This document shows positions 1-8,643 of a stretch of DNA of 64,000 nt, piece after piece. A program made the translations under genes and the position numbers. The notes under the pieces are model-generated. The model saw only the letters and a list, made by a program, of their open reading frames with translations, was not told the DNA's origin and ran no database searches. The stretch is from an uncultured Gemmatimonadaceae bacterium (GTDB lineage Bacteria; Gemmatimonadota; Gemmatimonadetes; Gemmatimonadales; Gemmatimonadaceae). Each line of letters starts with the position of its first letter. Position 1 is the first letter of the stretch. The DNA lies in assembly GCA_963790305.1 (NCBI GenBank), contig CAWBOC010000005.1, positions 1-64,000 on the forward strand, written 5' to 3'.

Positions 1-12
1 TGCGGTAAAAAA
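1..12. repeat. Right end of a CGCAGAGG-family hairpin element, truncated by the window edge
   Basis: TGCGGTAAAAAA is identical to the 3' end of the element at 455-567 (ctcTGCGGTAAAAAA); only 12 nt are visible. Confidence 0.55.
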
Positions 13-53
13 TGATGAGGCTCACAAGCCACCGCGGAGTCATGCTTCGCGGC

Positions 54-431
54 ATGGGACTCAACGACTCCAGTGGCGCGGTCGTCGATGCAGCTATCAA
101 GGTGCACACGGCCCTTGGGCCAGGGTTGCTCGAAGGCGCTTATGAGGGATGCCTGGCTCATGAGCTCCGAAAGCGCGGGCACCTTGTCGTGCAGCAGCTC
201 GCTCTACCGGTCCTGTATGACGGCGTCTGTATCGACCTGGGGTACAGAATCGATCTCCTGGTTGATGGGGGAGTCGTCGTGGAGGTCAAGTCCGTAGGAA
301 ACCTGGCACCGATTCACAACGCCCAGCTGCTCTCATATCTGAAGCATGGCGGCTACAGGGTTGGGCTGCTGCTCAACTTCAACGTCCCCCACCTCAAGGA
401 CGGCATTCGGCGAATTGTGAATGGCCTGTAG
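54..431 (+). CDS. GxxExxY protein (PD-(D/E)XK-like nuclease fold)
   Basis: GPGLLEGAY signature, RIDLLVD..VVVEVKS, AQLLSYLK, GLLLNF; start could also be at 12/15/42. Confidence 0.93.
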   Translation: MGLNDSSGAVVDAAIKVHTALGPGLLEGAYEGCLAHELRKRGHLVVQQLALPVLYDGVCIDLGYRIDLLVDGGVVVEVKSVGNLAPIHNAQLLSYLKHGGYRVGLLLNFNVPHLKDGIRRIVNGL

Positions 432-454
432 CTCGATCTCGTTTTTTTTGCCGC

Positions 455-567
455 TTTTTACCGCAGAGGACGCGGAGGTACGCGGAGGAACTTCAACTGC
501 GAAGCTTTTCGAAAAGCTTTTGGCAGTTGAATTCCTCTGCGTACCTCTGCGTCCTCTGCGGTAAAAA
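455..567. repeat. Long palindromic REP-like element (CGCAGAGG 9-nt units; inner CAACTGC...GCTTTTCGAAAAGC...GCAGTTG)
   Basis: TTTTTACCGCAGAGGACGCGGAGGTACGCGGAGG ... CCTCTGCGTACCTCTGCGTCCTCTGCGGTAAAAA between convergent genes; may act as a bidirectional terminator. Confidence 0.9.
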
Positions 568-598
568 AAGCCGTTGCAGCTCCACGTCGCGCGCATAT

Positions 599-3184
599 TC
601 ACGCACGCTTCGTCATATCCCGGGCGAGCGCCGCCGCCCGCGCTCGGCTGCCCGCACCGAGCTTCTGCAGAAGCGCCGAGACGTGGTGATCCACCGTGCG
701 CGTCGACAGGAAGAGACGCTGACCGATCTCCCGATTCGAGAGCCCCTCCGCCAGCAGCTCGAGCACCTCCATCTGCCGGTTGGTGAGACCGGCAGGATTC
801 GCGCGCGTACTGCGGCGAGGTCCGCGCGCGAGACCACGCACGCCGCGGCTCTGCAACTGGCGTCGCACGATCGCGGCCGCCGGCGCCGCACCCAATCCCT
901 CGAGGATCTGGAGAGCAGCCCGCTGCGCTTCCTCATCGCCCTCGCTGAGAGCGAGCGCCTGCTCGTAGGGACAGCCCATTCGTTCCCATGCCTGCGCCGC
1001 CTCGCGCCAGCGTCCCGCGAGCTCCGAGGCGAATGGGTCGGGCAGATCCGCCGGCACGTCGCCTAACGCGCCCACGCGCCGGAGCCAGAGCGCGATCCGC
1101 CCGATGTCCCAGCGACTGCCAGCATCCATCGCCATGGAATACGCGCGCATGGCTTCGACACGCACCCCCTCGAGATCACCGCGGAGCCACGCCGCCTCGG
1201 CCCTCGCAGCCGCGACGGGGGCGATGCGCTGCAGCTCTCCCGTCGACAGCGCGCGCTCCAGCGCTTCGTCGAGGATGGCCTGCGCGCGCCGATCGCCGCG
1301 GCGAGTGTACACCGTGCCTAACGCGGCCAGGGAGGGCAGGCGAACGACGGTGGGGGCGTCGTCGCGCCGCAGCACGTCGGTCGCGTCGGCTTCCGCCTCG
1401 TCGAGGCGCCCCAGCTCGGCACGCAACCGAGCTCGCCAGCCGCGCAGATAGAACGAGAAGCTGTCGATGTCGCGCGACTCGGCGTACTCGATCGCCTCGG
1501 CCAGGAAACCCTCCGCGGCGACGTACTCCAGCTCGACGATCGAGTCGCAGATGAGCCAGGTGAAGGCGCGCATGGCGTGCTCGTGAAGACCATGCTGCTG
1601 GGCCAACCTGACTGCCCGCACCTGCGTCTCCCGGAAGCTGCCCGGCTCCAGGCACGCCGCGTTGGTGAGCGCATGGACCAATGCCTCGGGATCGCCAAGT
1701 GCCTCGGCCATTGCGACGGCGCGATCTCCCCACTGCGGAGCGAGCTTCCGTTCCTCGGCGAGGATGTGGAGCTGCGCCCGCGTGCTGTACGCCATTGCCA
1801 GCTCATGGCTGGGACCTAACGGCTCGAGGAGGACGATCGCCTGCTCGGCACATTGGGCCGCATCCGCACGGCGCCCCTCGAACCACGCCAGTCGCGAGAG
1901 CCAGCGAAAGTCGTCTCCCTCTCGGCGACGGTCACCGACCTGCCGCCACAGCTTTAGCGCCTCCTCGCGTGCCCGAACCGCCTCCGCGATCCGGCCATTC
2001 AGGTGGACCTCGTAGGACCAGGCATCCAGCAGCGCCGCACGCTCCGCGGGCGGCGATCGGTCGGCATAACGAAGCGCGCTCCCAAAATGCGCGGCCGCCT
2101 CCCGGTGAGCGCCAAGCGACGCTGCCTCGCGCCCGGCGGCCGGCGCGAGACGCAGCACGGTATCCGCGTCGCCGGCTCGGTCGGCGTGGTGGACCAGGCG
2201 CGGGAGCATTGTCGCGCCGCCATCGTGGGATTCAATGGCCTGGATCATCCGCCTGTGCAGCTCGGCCGCGTACGCCGGCTCGAGGGAGTCCTCCCACGCT
2301 CGCCGCGCCAGCTCGTGCCGGAAGGCCACGGCGTCGCGGGTGGCGCGCAGGATACCCGCGTCGACGCCCTCCTGCACCGCACGCGCAGGCTCATCCAGCA
2401 TTCGATCGAGGAGCCACCGCTCGATGCGGCCCGGCACGATCGAGACGACGTGCAGCACCGCGGTCGCCGCCGGCGTTAGGCGCGCCGCCCGCGCGAGCAC
2501 GGCGTCCCGCACCGATGCGGGAATCCCGCCGCCATCCGTCCCCAACACCTCGGTGACGTAGAAGGGGTTGCCCCCGGTGATGCTGTGAAGGTCCTCCGCT
2601 CGGCGACCCGCGGCCGTCGCAAGGCGCGCCACCGCGTTCTCCGAGAGCGGTGGCAGCTTGAGGCGCCGAGCGGATTGGGCTGGGAGCTCGCCGAGTACCC
2701 TGCGGAGCGGGTGGGTCGCGTCCACCTCATCGTCGCGGAAGCTGAGCACCAGCAAGCTCTGCGTCTTGCCGATCCGTCGCACCAGGAACTTGAGCAGGTC
2801 GAGCGTCGCTTCGTCCGCCCAGTGCACGTCCTCGAAGATGGCGAGCGTCCTCGGCGACGGGCGGGACAGCTCATCGAGCAGGCTCAGAAAGACCCGCTCG
2901 CGGTCGACGGTGCCGCGAGTGACCTCGCGCAGCACGCCCGGCGTCTGCCGCGCCATGTCGAGCAGCGGACCCAGTGGGCGCGGCGTGAACAGCGCGTCAC
3001 AGGCGCCCCACAGGACTCGCGTGCGACCGTCGGCCGTCTGGAGGCGATCGGCGAAGTGCTCCAGCAACGTCGTCTTCCCGATCCCCGCCTCGCCGCTCAC
3101 GAGCACGGCACACCCGCGCCCGCCGGCGGCGCCGGCGAGTGCAACATCCAGCTCAGTCAGAAAGGCGTCGCGCTCCAGGAACAT
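599..3184 (-). CDS. LuxR-family transcriptional regulator with N-terminal AAA ATPase (MalT/STAND-like)
   Basis: Walker A GEAGIGKT, Walker B AIFEDVHWAD, GGNPFY, C-terminal LTNRQMEVL..GLSNREIG..STRTVDHHVS HTH. Confidence 0.93.
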   Translation of the reverse strand: MFLERDAFLTELDVALAGAAGGRGCAVLVSGEAGIGKTTLLEHFADRLQTADGRTRVLWGACDALFTPRPLGPLLDMARQTPGVLREVTRGTVDRERVFLSLLDELSRPSPRTLAIFEDVHWADEATLDLLKFLVRRIGKTQSLLVLSFRDDEVDATHPLRRVLGELPAQSARRLKLPPLSENAVARLATAAGRRAEDLHSITGGNPFYVTEVLGTDGGGIPASVRDAVLARAARLTPAATAVLHVVSIVPGRIERWLLDRMLDEPARAVQEGVDAGILRATRDAVAFRHELARRAWEDSLEPAYAAELHRRMIQAIESHDGGATMLPRLVHHADRAGDADTVLRLAPAAGREAASLGAHREAAAHFGSALRYADRSPPAERAALLDAWSYEVHLNGRIAEAVRAREEALKLWRQVGDRRREGDDFRWLSRLAWFEGRRADAAQCAEQAIVLLEPLGPSHELAMAYSTRAQLHILAEERKLAPQWGDRAVAMAEALGDPEALVHALTNAACLEPGSFRETQVRAVRLAQQHGLHEHAMRAFTWLICDSIVELEYVAAEGFLAEAIEYAESRDIDSFSFYLRGWRARLRAELGRLDEAEADATDVLRRDDAPTVVRLPSLAALGTVYTRRGDRRAQAILDEALERALSTGELQRIAPVAAARAEAAWLRGDLEGVRVEAMRAYSMAMDAGSRWDIGRIALWLRRVGALGDVPADLPDPFASELAGRWREAAQAWERMGCPYEQALALSEGDEEAQRAALQILEGLGAAPAAAIVRRQLQSRGVRGLARGPRRSTRANPAGLTNRQMEVLELLAEGLSNREIGQRLFLSTRTVDHHVSALLQKLGAGSRARAAALARDMTKRA

Positions 3185-3222
3185 GCGCTAGTTATTCAGT
3201 GAAATGCGCAACGAGTCCTATT

Positions 3223-3398
3223 TAACCGCAGATGGCCGCAAAGGGACGGACACTGCTTAGGGACCAAAGTGTCGAGCCCTCGTCCAAATGGCCGCAATAC
3301 TGCCAAAAGACAATGCTGTGGTTTTTTCTGCGGCCATTGGACGAGGGGAAAGGCTATCCGCGAGGAGAACTCTGTCCTGTTGCGGCCATCTGCGGTTA
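3223..3398. repeat. Nested long inverted repeat (CCGCAGATGG-type units)
   Basis: TAACCGCAGATGGCCGCAA (3223-3241) / TTGCGGCCATCTGCGGTTA (3380-3398), with an inner pair CCCTCGTCCAAATGGCCGCA / TGCGGCCATTGGACGAGGG. Confidence 0.85.
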
Positions 3399-3472
3399 CA
3401 TGCCCCTGCGCTCAAGAGCGTCGGAGGCACTCCCCCAATATGGGCATTCGCACTTTGCCCGTCCAGAGCGAT

Positions 3473-4064
3473 TCACGTCAGGAGTAGCACGATCCCGGAC
3501 GCGGCGAGGGCGATCGACCAGAGCGCGTCGGTATTGATCCATATCCGACGGAGCACGCCGACGCCCGTTAGGCGAAACGCCACCAGGGCGGCAGTGGTCA
3601 TCGCGAGCAGCATGGCCAAGCTATGGACGACGAGGACGGCGATGCCCGCGGGCGGAGCTCCAGTGGTGCGCATGCGTCGCCCCGAACAAGGAAGGAAGAA
3701 GCATGAGCCCCGCGCCGTGCGACGATGCCATCACGAACGACCATGCGACCAATCCACCGGGCCCGAGCCGCATTCCCCCGCCCCGTGGATGCGCACGACG
3801 CCGGAAAAGCAGCGCCGAGGAGCCGAGGAGTACTGACGCGCCGATCCATCGGAGCGTGTCGATGGGTACGAGTGAGTCCGCGAGCGCGGCGGCGGCGATG
3901 ACCACCGCCACCGACGCGGCGTGACCGAGGAAGATCGGCGGCAGTGCCTGCATAACGGCGCTCGCGCGCCGCTCCTGCAACCCGAGCGCGGTCGCGAGCA
4001 GCCATCCCATCGCAGGGTTCAGCCCGTGATAGGTGCCGAGCAGCCCGATGAGCATCCAGCTCAT
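3473..4064 (-). pseudogene. Membrane protein downstream of SBP56; frameshift near 3660-3680 (possibly a sequencing error)
   Basis: MSWMLIGLLGTYHGLNPAMGWL...ASSHGAGLMLLP continues in another frame as GIAVLVVHSLAMLL...WINTDALWS; starts 7 nt after the SBP56 stop. Confidence 0.75.
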
Positions 4065-4071
4065 CGCGGCC

Positions 4072-5493
4072 TCAGGGAAAGCAGAAGGAATCGGAGGAGG
4101 CGTCGCCTCCCTGGAGACGCACCTGGTGCGGGCGCATGTCGCCAAAGTCCATGAAGAAATCGGGCGCCGGCGTGAGCTCGCCCTCCGCATTCACGTCCAG
4201 TCGAGCGAGCCAGCCTCGAATGCCGCGCGGATAGAACTGCGCGTCCCACGCGAGGTAGAGCGAGTTGGTCACGTAGACGCGACGGCCATCGCGACTCAGC
4301 TCGATCATCTGCGGCCCGCCGTCCAGCGGCCGATTCGGTTCCGACGGATGCGCCGTACGACGAACGATCCCGCCGAGGTGGACCGAGGACACGAGTTGCG
4401 GCGCCAGCGGGTCGGTGACGTCGTAGCGTCGCAGCTCGCCCGTTCCCCAGCACGCGACGTAGAGGAAGCGGTCGTCGAGGGAGAGCGCGATGTCGCTCAC
4501 CAGCGGCGGGACCGCGCCGAAGGGCACGAGCGCCGGCGGCAGAGCGTCTGCGTCGGCCGGCTCGGCGGGGATGTCGATCACCTTTTTCGCCTGCCACTCT
4601 CCGTCACGGTGGAACCAGGTCCAGATGGAGCTGGAGAGATCGGTGAGGTTGAGCACCACGTTGACGAAGCCGTGGCGTTTCGTCGGGTCGTGGGCCGGAC
4701 GCAGCTCGAGCACCATTTGGTTGTCGTCACCGAGCAAGAGCGACTGCACGTGCCGCCGCGCGCGCAAATCCCAGAAGTGAAGCCGCCGGCCGTACTCCTT
4801 CGCCATGAGCAGCTCCGGCTGGACGCCATGCTCGACCTGCGCCGGTGTCCCCCATTCGCTGGTGACCATCGTGTCCCATCCCAGGTGCCACCAGAAGTCG
4901 TACGCCAGCCGCTGCGGTCCGCGCTCGATCTCCCACGGGCCAAGCGGCTCGAAGGTGTCGTGGTCGAGCACGAAGACTCCGCCCGGCGCACCGCCGGTCG
5001 CGTTGCCGATGGCGCTGACGTAGATGCCGTCGGGACCGCAATGCACCGTGTGCGGACGCGAGTAGCCCGTGCGCGCCGCCAGCTCTTCCGGCTCGATCAC
5101 CTTCACGACGCGCGGATTCGCCGGATCGGGCTCGGTGTCGACGACGTAGATCCGCGACGAGCGAAGCCCCGGGACGATGAGGTAGCGCCGACGAACGTGC
5201 GGGTGCGGCGCGTACGGGCAGAGCGCGGCACTGCACGCATTCCAGCCGAAGTGGTGCAGCTCGTCGCCCGCGTACGGCAGATCGAGCCGACCGATCGTCG
5301 TGCCTAACCGCTCGGAGTCGCGGTTGCAGTCCACGACCGCGATCGCGTCGGGGCGGCCGTCGCCTGGTGTCGGGTTGATCAGGGCGACGTATGCCATCGT
5401 CTCCGGCGGCGCTTCCATCGCTGCCCGCGGTGATGCGTAGAAGGTCGGGTCTGGAAGCAGCCGGCGCATTGTGTCAGAGAGCAGCGTGGCCAT
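4072..5493 (-). CDS. Selenium-binding protein SBP56 / methanethiol oxidase family
   Basis: DELHHFGWNACS, PHTVHC, YDFW, TSEWG, LELRPAH, GGPQMIELSRDG, NSLY..WD.QFYP, GGDASSD. Confidence 0.93.
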   Translation of the reverse strand: MATLLSDTMRRLLPDPTFYASPRAAMEAPPETMAYVALINPTPGDGRPDAIAVVDCNRDSERLGTTIGRLDLPYAGDELHHFGWNACSAALCPYAPHPHVRRRYLIVPGLRSSRIYVVDTEPDPANPRVVKVIEPEELAARTGYSRPHTVHCGPDGIYVSAIGNATGGAPGGVFVLDHDTFEPLGPWEIERGPQRLAYDFWWHLGWDTMVTSEWGTPAQVEHGVQPELLMAKEYGRRLHFWDLRARRHVQSLLLGDDNQMVLELRPAHDPTKRHGFVNVVLNLTDLSSSIWTWFHRDGEWQAKKVIDIPAEPADADALPPALVPFGAVPPLVSDIALSLDDRFLYVACWGTGELRRYDVTDPLAPQLVSSVHLGGIVRRTAHPSEPNRPLDGGPQMIELSRDGRRVYVTNSLYLAWDAQFYPRGIRGWLARLDVNAEGELTPAPDFFMDFGDMRPHQVRLQGGDASSDSFCFP

Positions 5494-5524
5494 GCGTGAC
5501 TCCGTGTGCAGGTAATGTGTTTTG

Positions 5525-5634
5525 TTTTTTTACCGCAGAGGACGCAGAGGTACGCAGAGGAACTTCAACTGCAGGAGCTTTTCCAAAAGCACTTGCAGTT
5601 GACGTTCCCTCTGCGTCCTCTGCGTCCTCTGCGG
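5525..5634. repeat. Long palindromic REP-like element (CGCAGAGG family)
   Basis: TTTTTTTACCGCAGAGGACGCAGAGGTACGCAGAGGAACTTCAACTGC..GCTTTTCCAAAAGC..GCAGTTG..CCTCTGCGTCCTCTGCGTCCTCTGCGG; near-copy of 455-567. Confidence 0.9.
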
Positions 5635-5648
5635 CTCAACAAAGGTGC

Positions 5649-7064
5649 TTAGCGGAACTCGAACGTCAGACTCGCCCGCCCGCTCGGCAGCTTCTCGGGG
5701 ATGAAGCGGCGCAGATGCTGCGGTTGCGCCTGTGGATCGAGGAGACCATCGCGGACGAAATCGACGAGCCACTGAATCTCTTCCTCGGTCAGTGGCGCCG
5801 GCGCGCGCAGCAAAGGATCCAGCCTTGCCAACACCGGCGACATTGGGCCGAGCGGGCCCTGGAGATCGCCCGGCAAGCGCGCCGTCGTGTACGTCCCCGC
5901 CCCGCGCTGCGCGTCCAGGTGATACCGAATCGCATCCTCGAGCCGAGTGAATGCGCCGTTGTGCATGAAGGCGGGCTGGAGCGCGACGTTGCGAAGCGGC
6001 GACGTGCGAAACGCATAACGGTCCGCCGGGTTGCCGGTCACCTGCTCGAGCCCGAAGTCCTCGTTCGCGCCGGGTCCGTCGAACGTCATGTTGCTGACTG
6101 ACGGTGCGATCTGCGGAATCCCCGCGACGTGCTGCTTGAAGTCGCTGAACATTCTCATTCGATTGGCCCGCCACGGCATGGCACTGGACGCAGCCGGCTT
6201 TGCCGAAGAAGAGCACTGCGCCGCGCTTCTGCGACGGAGTCAGCGCATTGAGCTTCCCACGTGCATAACGATCGACCGGCGCGTCCGCGAACACGAGCGT
6301 GAACTCGAACTCGGCGATCGCGCGCGCGAAGTCGTCGTACGTGATCGGGTTGCCCGCCTTCACGTGCGCAAACACGTTTGCAAAGCGCTTGCGATAGTTC
6401 GGGGTCTCGTTCAGGCGCCTGATCACTTCGGCGCGGATGTCGTCGTTGTTCCCGGGAAAGTGGAATCCGGCCGCTTCCACGCGCTCGGTCGGCGGAATGA
6501 ACGCCTGCGCCGTGAGGAGATGCGGGCAGGTACGACAGGCTGGTGCCTTCCGGAGCAGGAAAGACGAAGCCGCCGCTGTTGTCGAACGGATCGCCCGACG
6601 GCGCGTGAAAGCGCGAGTTCCACATCAGCGCCGGGTAGAACACGTTGTTGATCACCATCGGCGTTCGCCGCTGATTGCGCGGTCCTCTCCGGGCCGGTCC
6701 GACGATGCGATTGTTGTCGACGCCAATCGCGATCGGCTGCGTGTCCCCGAAGCCGTTCGTCGGTGAATGACAGCCGCCGCAGGTGTTGTCGTCGTTGAGA
6801 CCCTGAATCGGGTCGAACCAGAGATTGCGGCCGACGTCGGCGAGCTGCCGATTGACACGACGGCCGAGGCGCCACTCGAGCGTGCTCGCCACTCGTCCGG
6901 TGAAGCCTTGGCGGGCGAGATATCGGCGCAGCACGTCGTCGAGATCGCCGCCGTCGATGGCCGAGACCGAAACGGTCGTGGGACTCACCGCGCGGGTAGG
7001 CTCCAGGTCGGAGCAGCCACCTAACGCGATTGCCGCGATCGCAGATTCCGAGGATGGGCCGCAT
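5649..7064 (-). pseudogene. Di-heme cytochrome c peroxidase (CcP/MauG family) lipoprotein, interrupted by three frameshifts (~7040, ~6525, ~6152)
   Basis: Pieces in successive frames: LGGC lipobox, GRNLWFDP, CGGCH, RRTP, LMWNSR; FFGKAGCVQCH; FRTSPLRNVALQPAFMHNG. Confidence 0.85.
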
Positions 7065-7085
7065 TGCCGGTCTCCGGTGGAGTCG

Positions 7086-7639
7086 CTACTCGGCAGCGCA
7101 GGAAACGCGAGGATTCGATTCCGCGAACAAGCCCTCCGGGTTCTGCCGCCAGAGCCAGACGTGGAGGCCCCAGACGCCGAACTCGTCTTCGGGCTGGAAG
7201 GTGGCGCCCAGGAACTCGGGCGGCTGCGCGTTCGTCCACGCCACATACGGGACCGCGAGCTCGACGCCCACCAACCGCGCGCCGCCATTCTCGCGCGGCT
7301 CGTAGATCAGCGCTTCGGGCAGGGCCGGGTCAATGACGCCGTCCAGTCGACCGGGATGCACGTATACCGCTCCAACCGGTCCTTCATCCGGCCGGCTCTC
7401 GCAGCCGTGGAGGAACACGAAGCCGTCGTCTGTCGCCGCCTTCAGATTGTGGTAGCGGGCGGTGGCGGCGCGGAGCGTGGCGAGGGCGCGCGCTGCCTCC
7501 GTATCAGCACGCGTATTGGCCGTTCGAAGCGTTGGGCTCTCCGGCGCGACTGGCGCCTCGGTAGCGCAGGCCGCCATCAGTGTCGCGGTCGCGACGATGG
7601 GGCGAATCGTACGCGCCGGCGCGATGTGGACGAGTTCAT
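7086..7639 (-). CDS. Conserved hypothetical lipoprotein (apparent frameshift at G-run ~7600 near the N-terminus)
   Basis: AGGAG RBS before ATG 7639; LMAAC lipobox; ATARYH, PEALIYEP, LVGVE, LHVWLW.NP.GLF..NPRVSC. Confidence 0.7.
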
Positions 7640-7753
7640 ATCGATTCTCCTGAGGATTGGTGCGTGCGCGTGTGAGCGTCGCGACCAACCTGCGAAGACA
7701 TCGCTGTCCGGCGCGTCGGCGGGGCTGCCTATTTTGGGGGGTGGGGGTACCTA

Positions 7754-7867
7754 TTTTGAACGCAGAGGACGCGGAGGACGCAGAGGAGGGCAACTGCCAA
7801 GAGCCTTTGCAAGAGCTTCTGCAGTTGAGGTTCCCTCTGCGTCCTCTGCGTCCTCTGCGTTCAAAAA
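7754..7867. repeat. Long palindromic REP-like element (CGCAGAGG family)
   Basis: TTTTGAACGCAGAGGACGCGGAGGACGCAGAGG..CAACTGC..GCAGTTG..CCTCTGCGTCCTCTGCGTCCTCTGCGTTCAAAA. Confidence 0.9.
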
Positions 7868-8014
7868 AAACAGCGAGACGAGCTACGGCCGTGAGCGATT
7901 CACGGCTGGGTGCCGCCGATTCGGCCCGCGAGTAACCGATGACGCCTGTCGCGTCGGAGACGGACATGCTCTCGCATGCCGAGTTGCCGTCACCATCGCC
8001 CAAGGCGCATTCTT

Positions 8015-8575
8015 ATGGTCATGCCCGGCACGACCCGCTGGACCGCTGACATGGTTCGGGCGCTCCCCGATGACGGGAAGCGCTACGAGGTCATCGACGG
8101 CGAGCTGTTCGTGACGCCGTCGCCCGCGCTGCGGCACCAGGACGCGGTCTACGAGATGGCGACTCTGCTGGGGCCGTACGTCAAGGCGCACAGCCTGGGG
8201 CGTGTGATCGTGTCACCAGCCGACGTCACTTTCCCTGACGGGAGTCTCGTTCAACCGGACGTTTTCGTCGCACCGCTCACCGGTGGACGCCGGCCGCGGG
8301 ACTGGAGCGACGTCAAAACTCTGCTCCTCGCCGTCGAGATACTCTCGCCCAGTACCGCCCGCGCCGATCGCCTGGTGAAGCTTCGGCTGTTCCGGCGGCA
8401 GCATGTTCCGGAGTACTGGATCGTCGATGTCGACGCGCGTCTCGTCGAGCGGTGGGGTCCGGAGGATCAACGGCCGGAGATCATCGCCGAAAGTCTCGAG
8501 TGGAAGCCTGAGCTTGGCGCTCTGCCCCTCATCGTCGACCTGCCGGCGTATTTCCGTGACGTGACCGGAGAGTGA
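8015..8575 (+). CDS. Uma2 family endonuclease
   Basis: LPDDGKRYEVIDGELFVTPSP..HQ, VQPDVFV, LAVEILSPST..D..K, VPEYWIVD. Confidence 0.93.
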   Translation: MVMPGTTRWTADMVRALPDDGKRYEVIDGELFVTPSPALRHQDAVYEMATLLGPYVKAHSLGRVIVSPADVTFPDGSLVQPDVFVAPLTGGRRPRDWSDVKTLLLAVEILSPSTARADRLVKLRLFRRQHVPEYWIVDVDARLVERWGPEDQRPEIIAESLEWKPELGALPLIVDLPAYFRDVTGE

Positions 8576-8643
8576 CCGCGGTTGCCGCGATATTGTCGTG
8601 ACGGCAGGACAACCTGGGGCAAGCGCCCGCGTGTCGTAAAGGC

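Noticed and set aside
5649..7064. Programmed ribosomal frameshifting in the peroxidase gene
   Set aside because: No slippery heptamers at the shift sites, and similar indels occur in many unrelated genes, which favours sequencing error.
333..8114. ORFs containing AEDAE/SASSASSA/PLRPLR peptides (e.g. 333-602, 5391-6101, the 7086-8003 extension, 7657-7935)
   Set aside because: These are translations of the 9-nt-periodic hairpins, which lack stops in several frames, and not real proteins.
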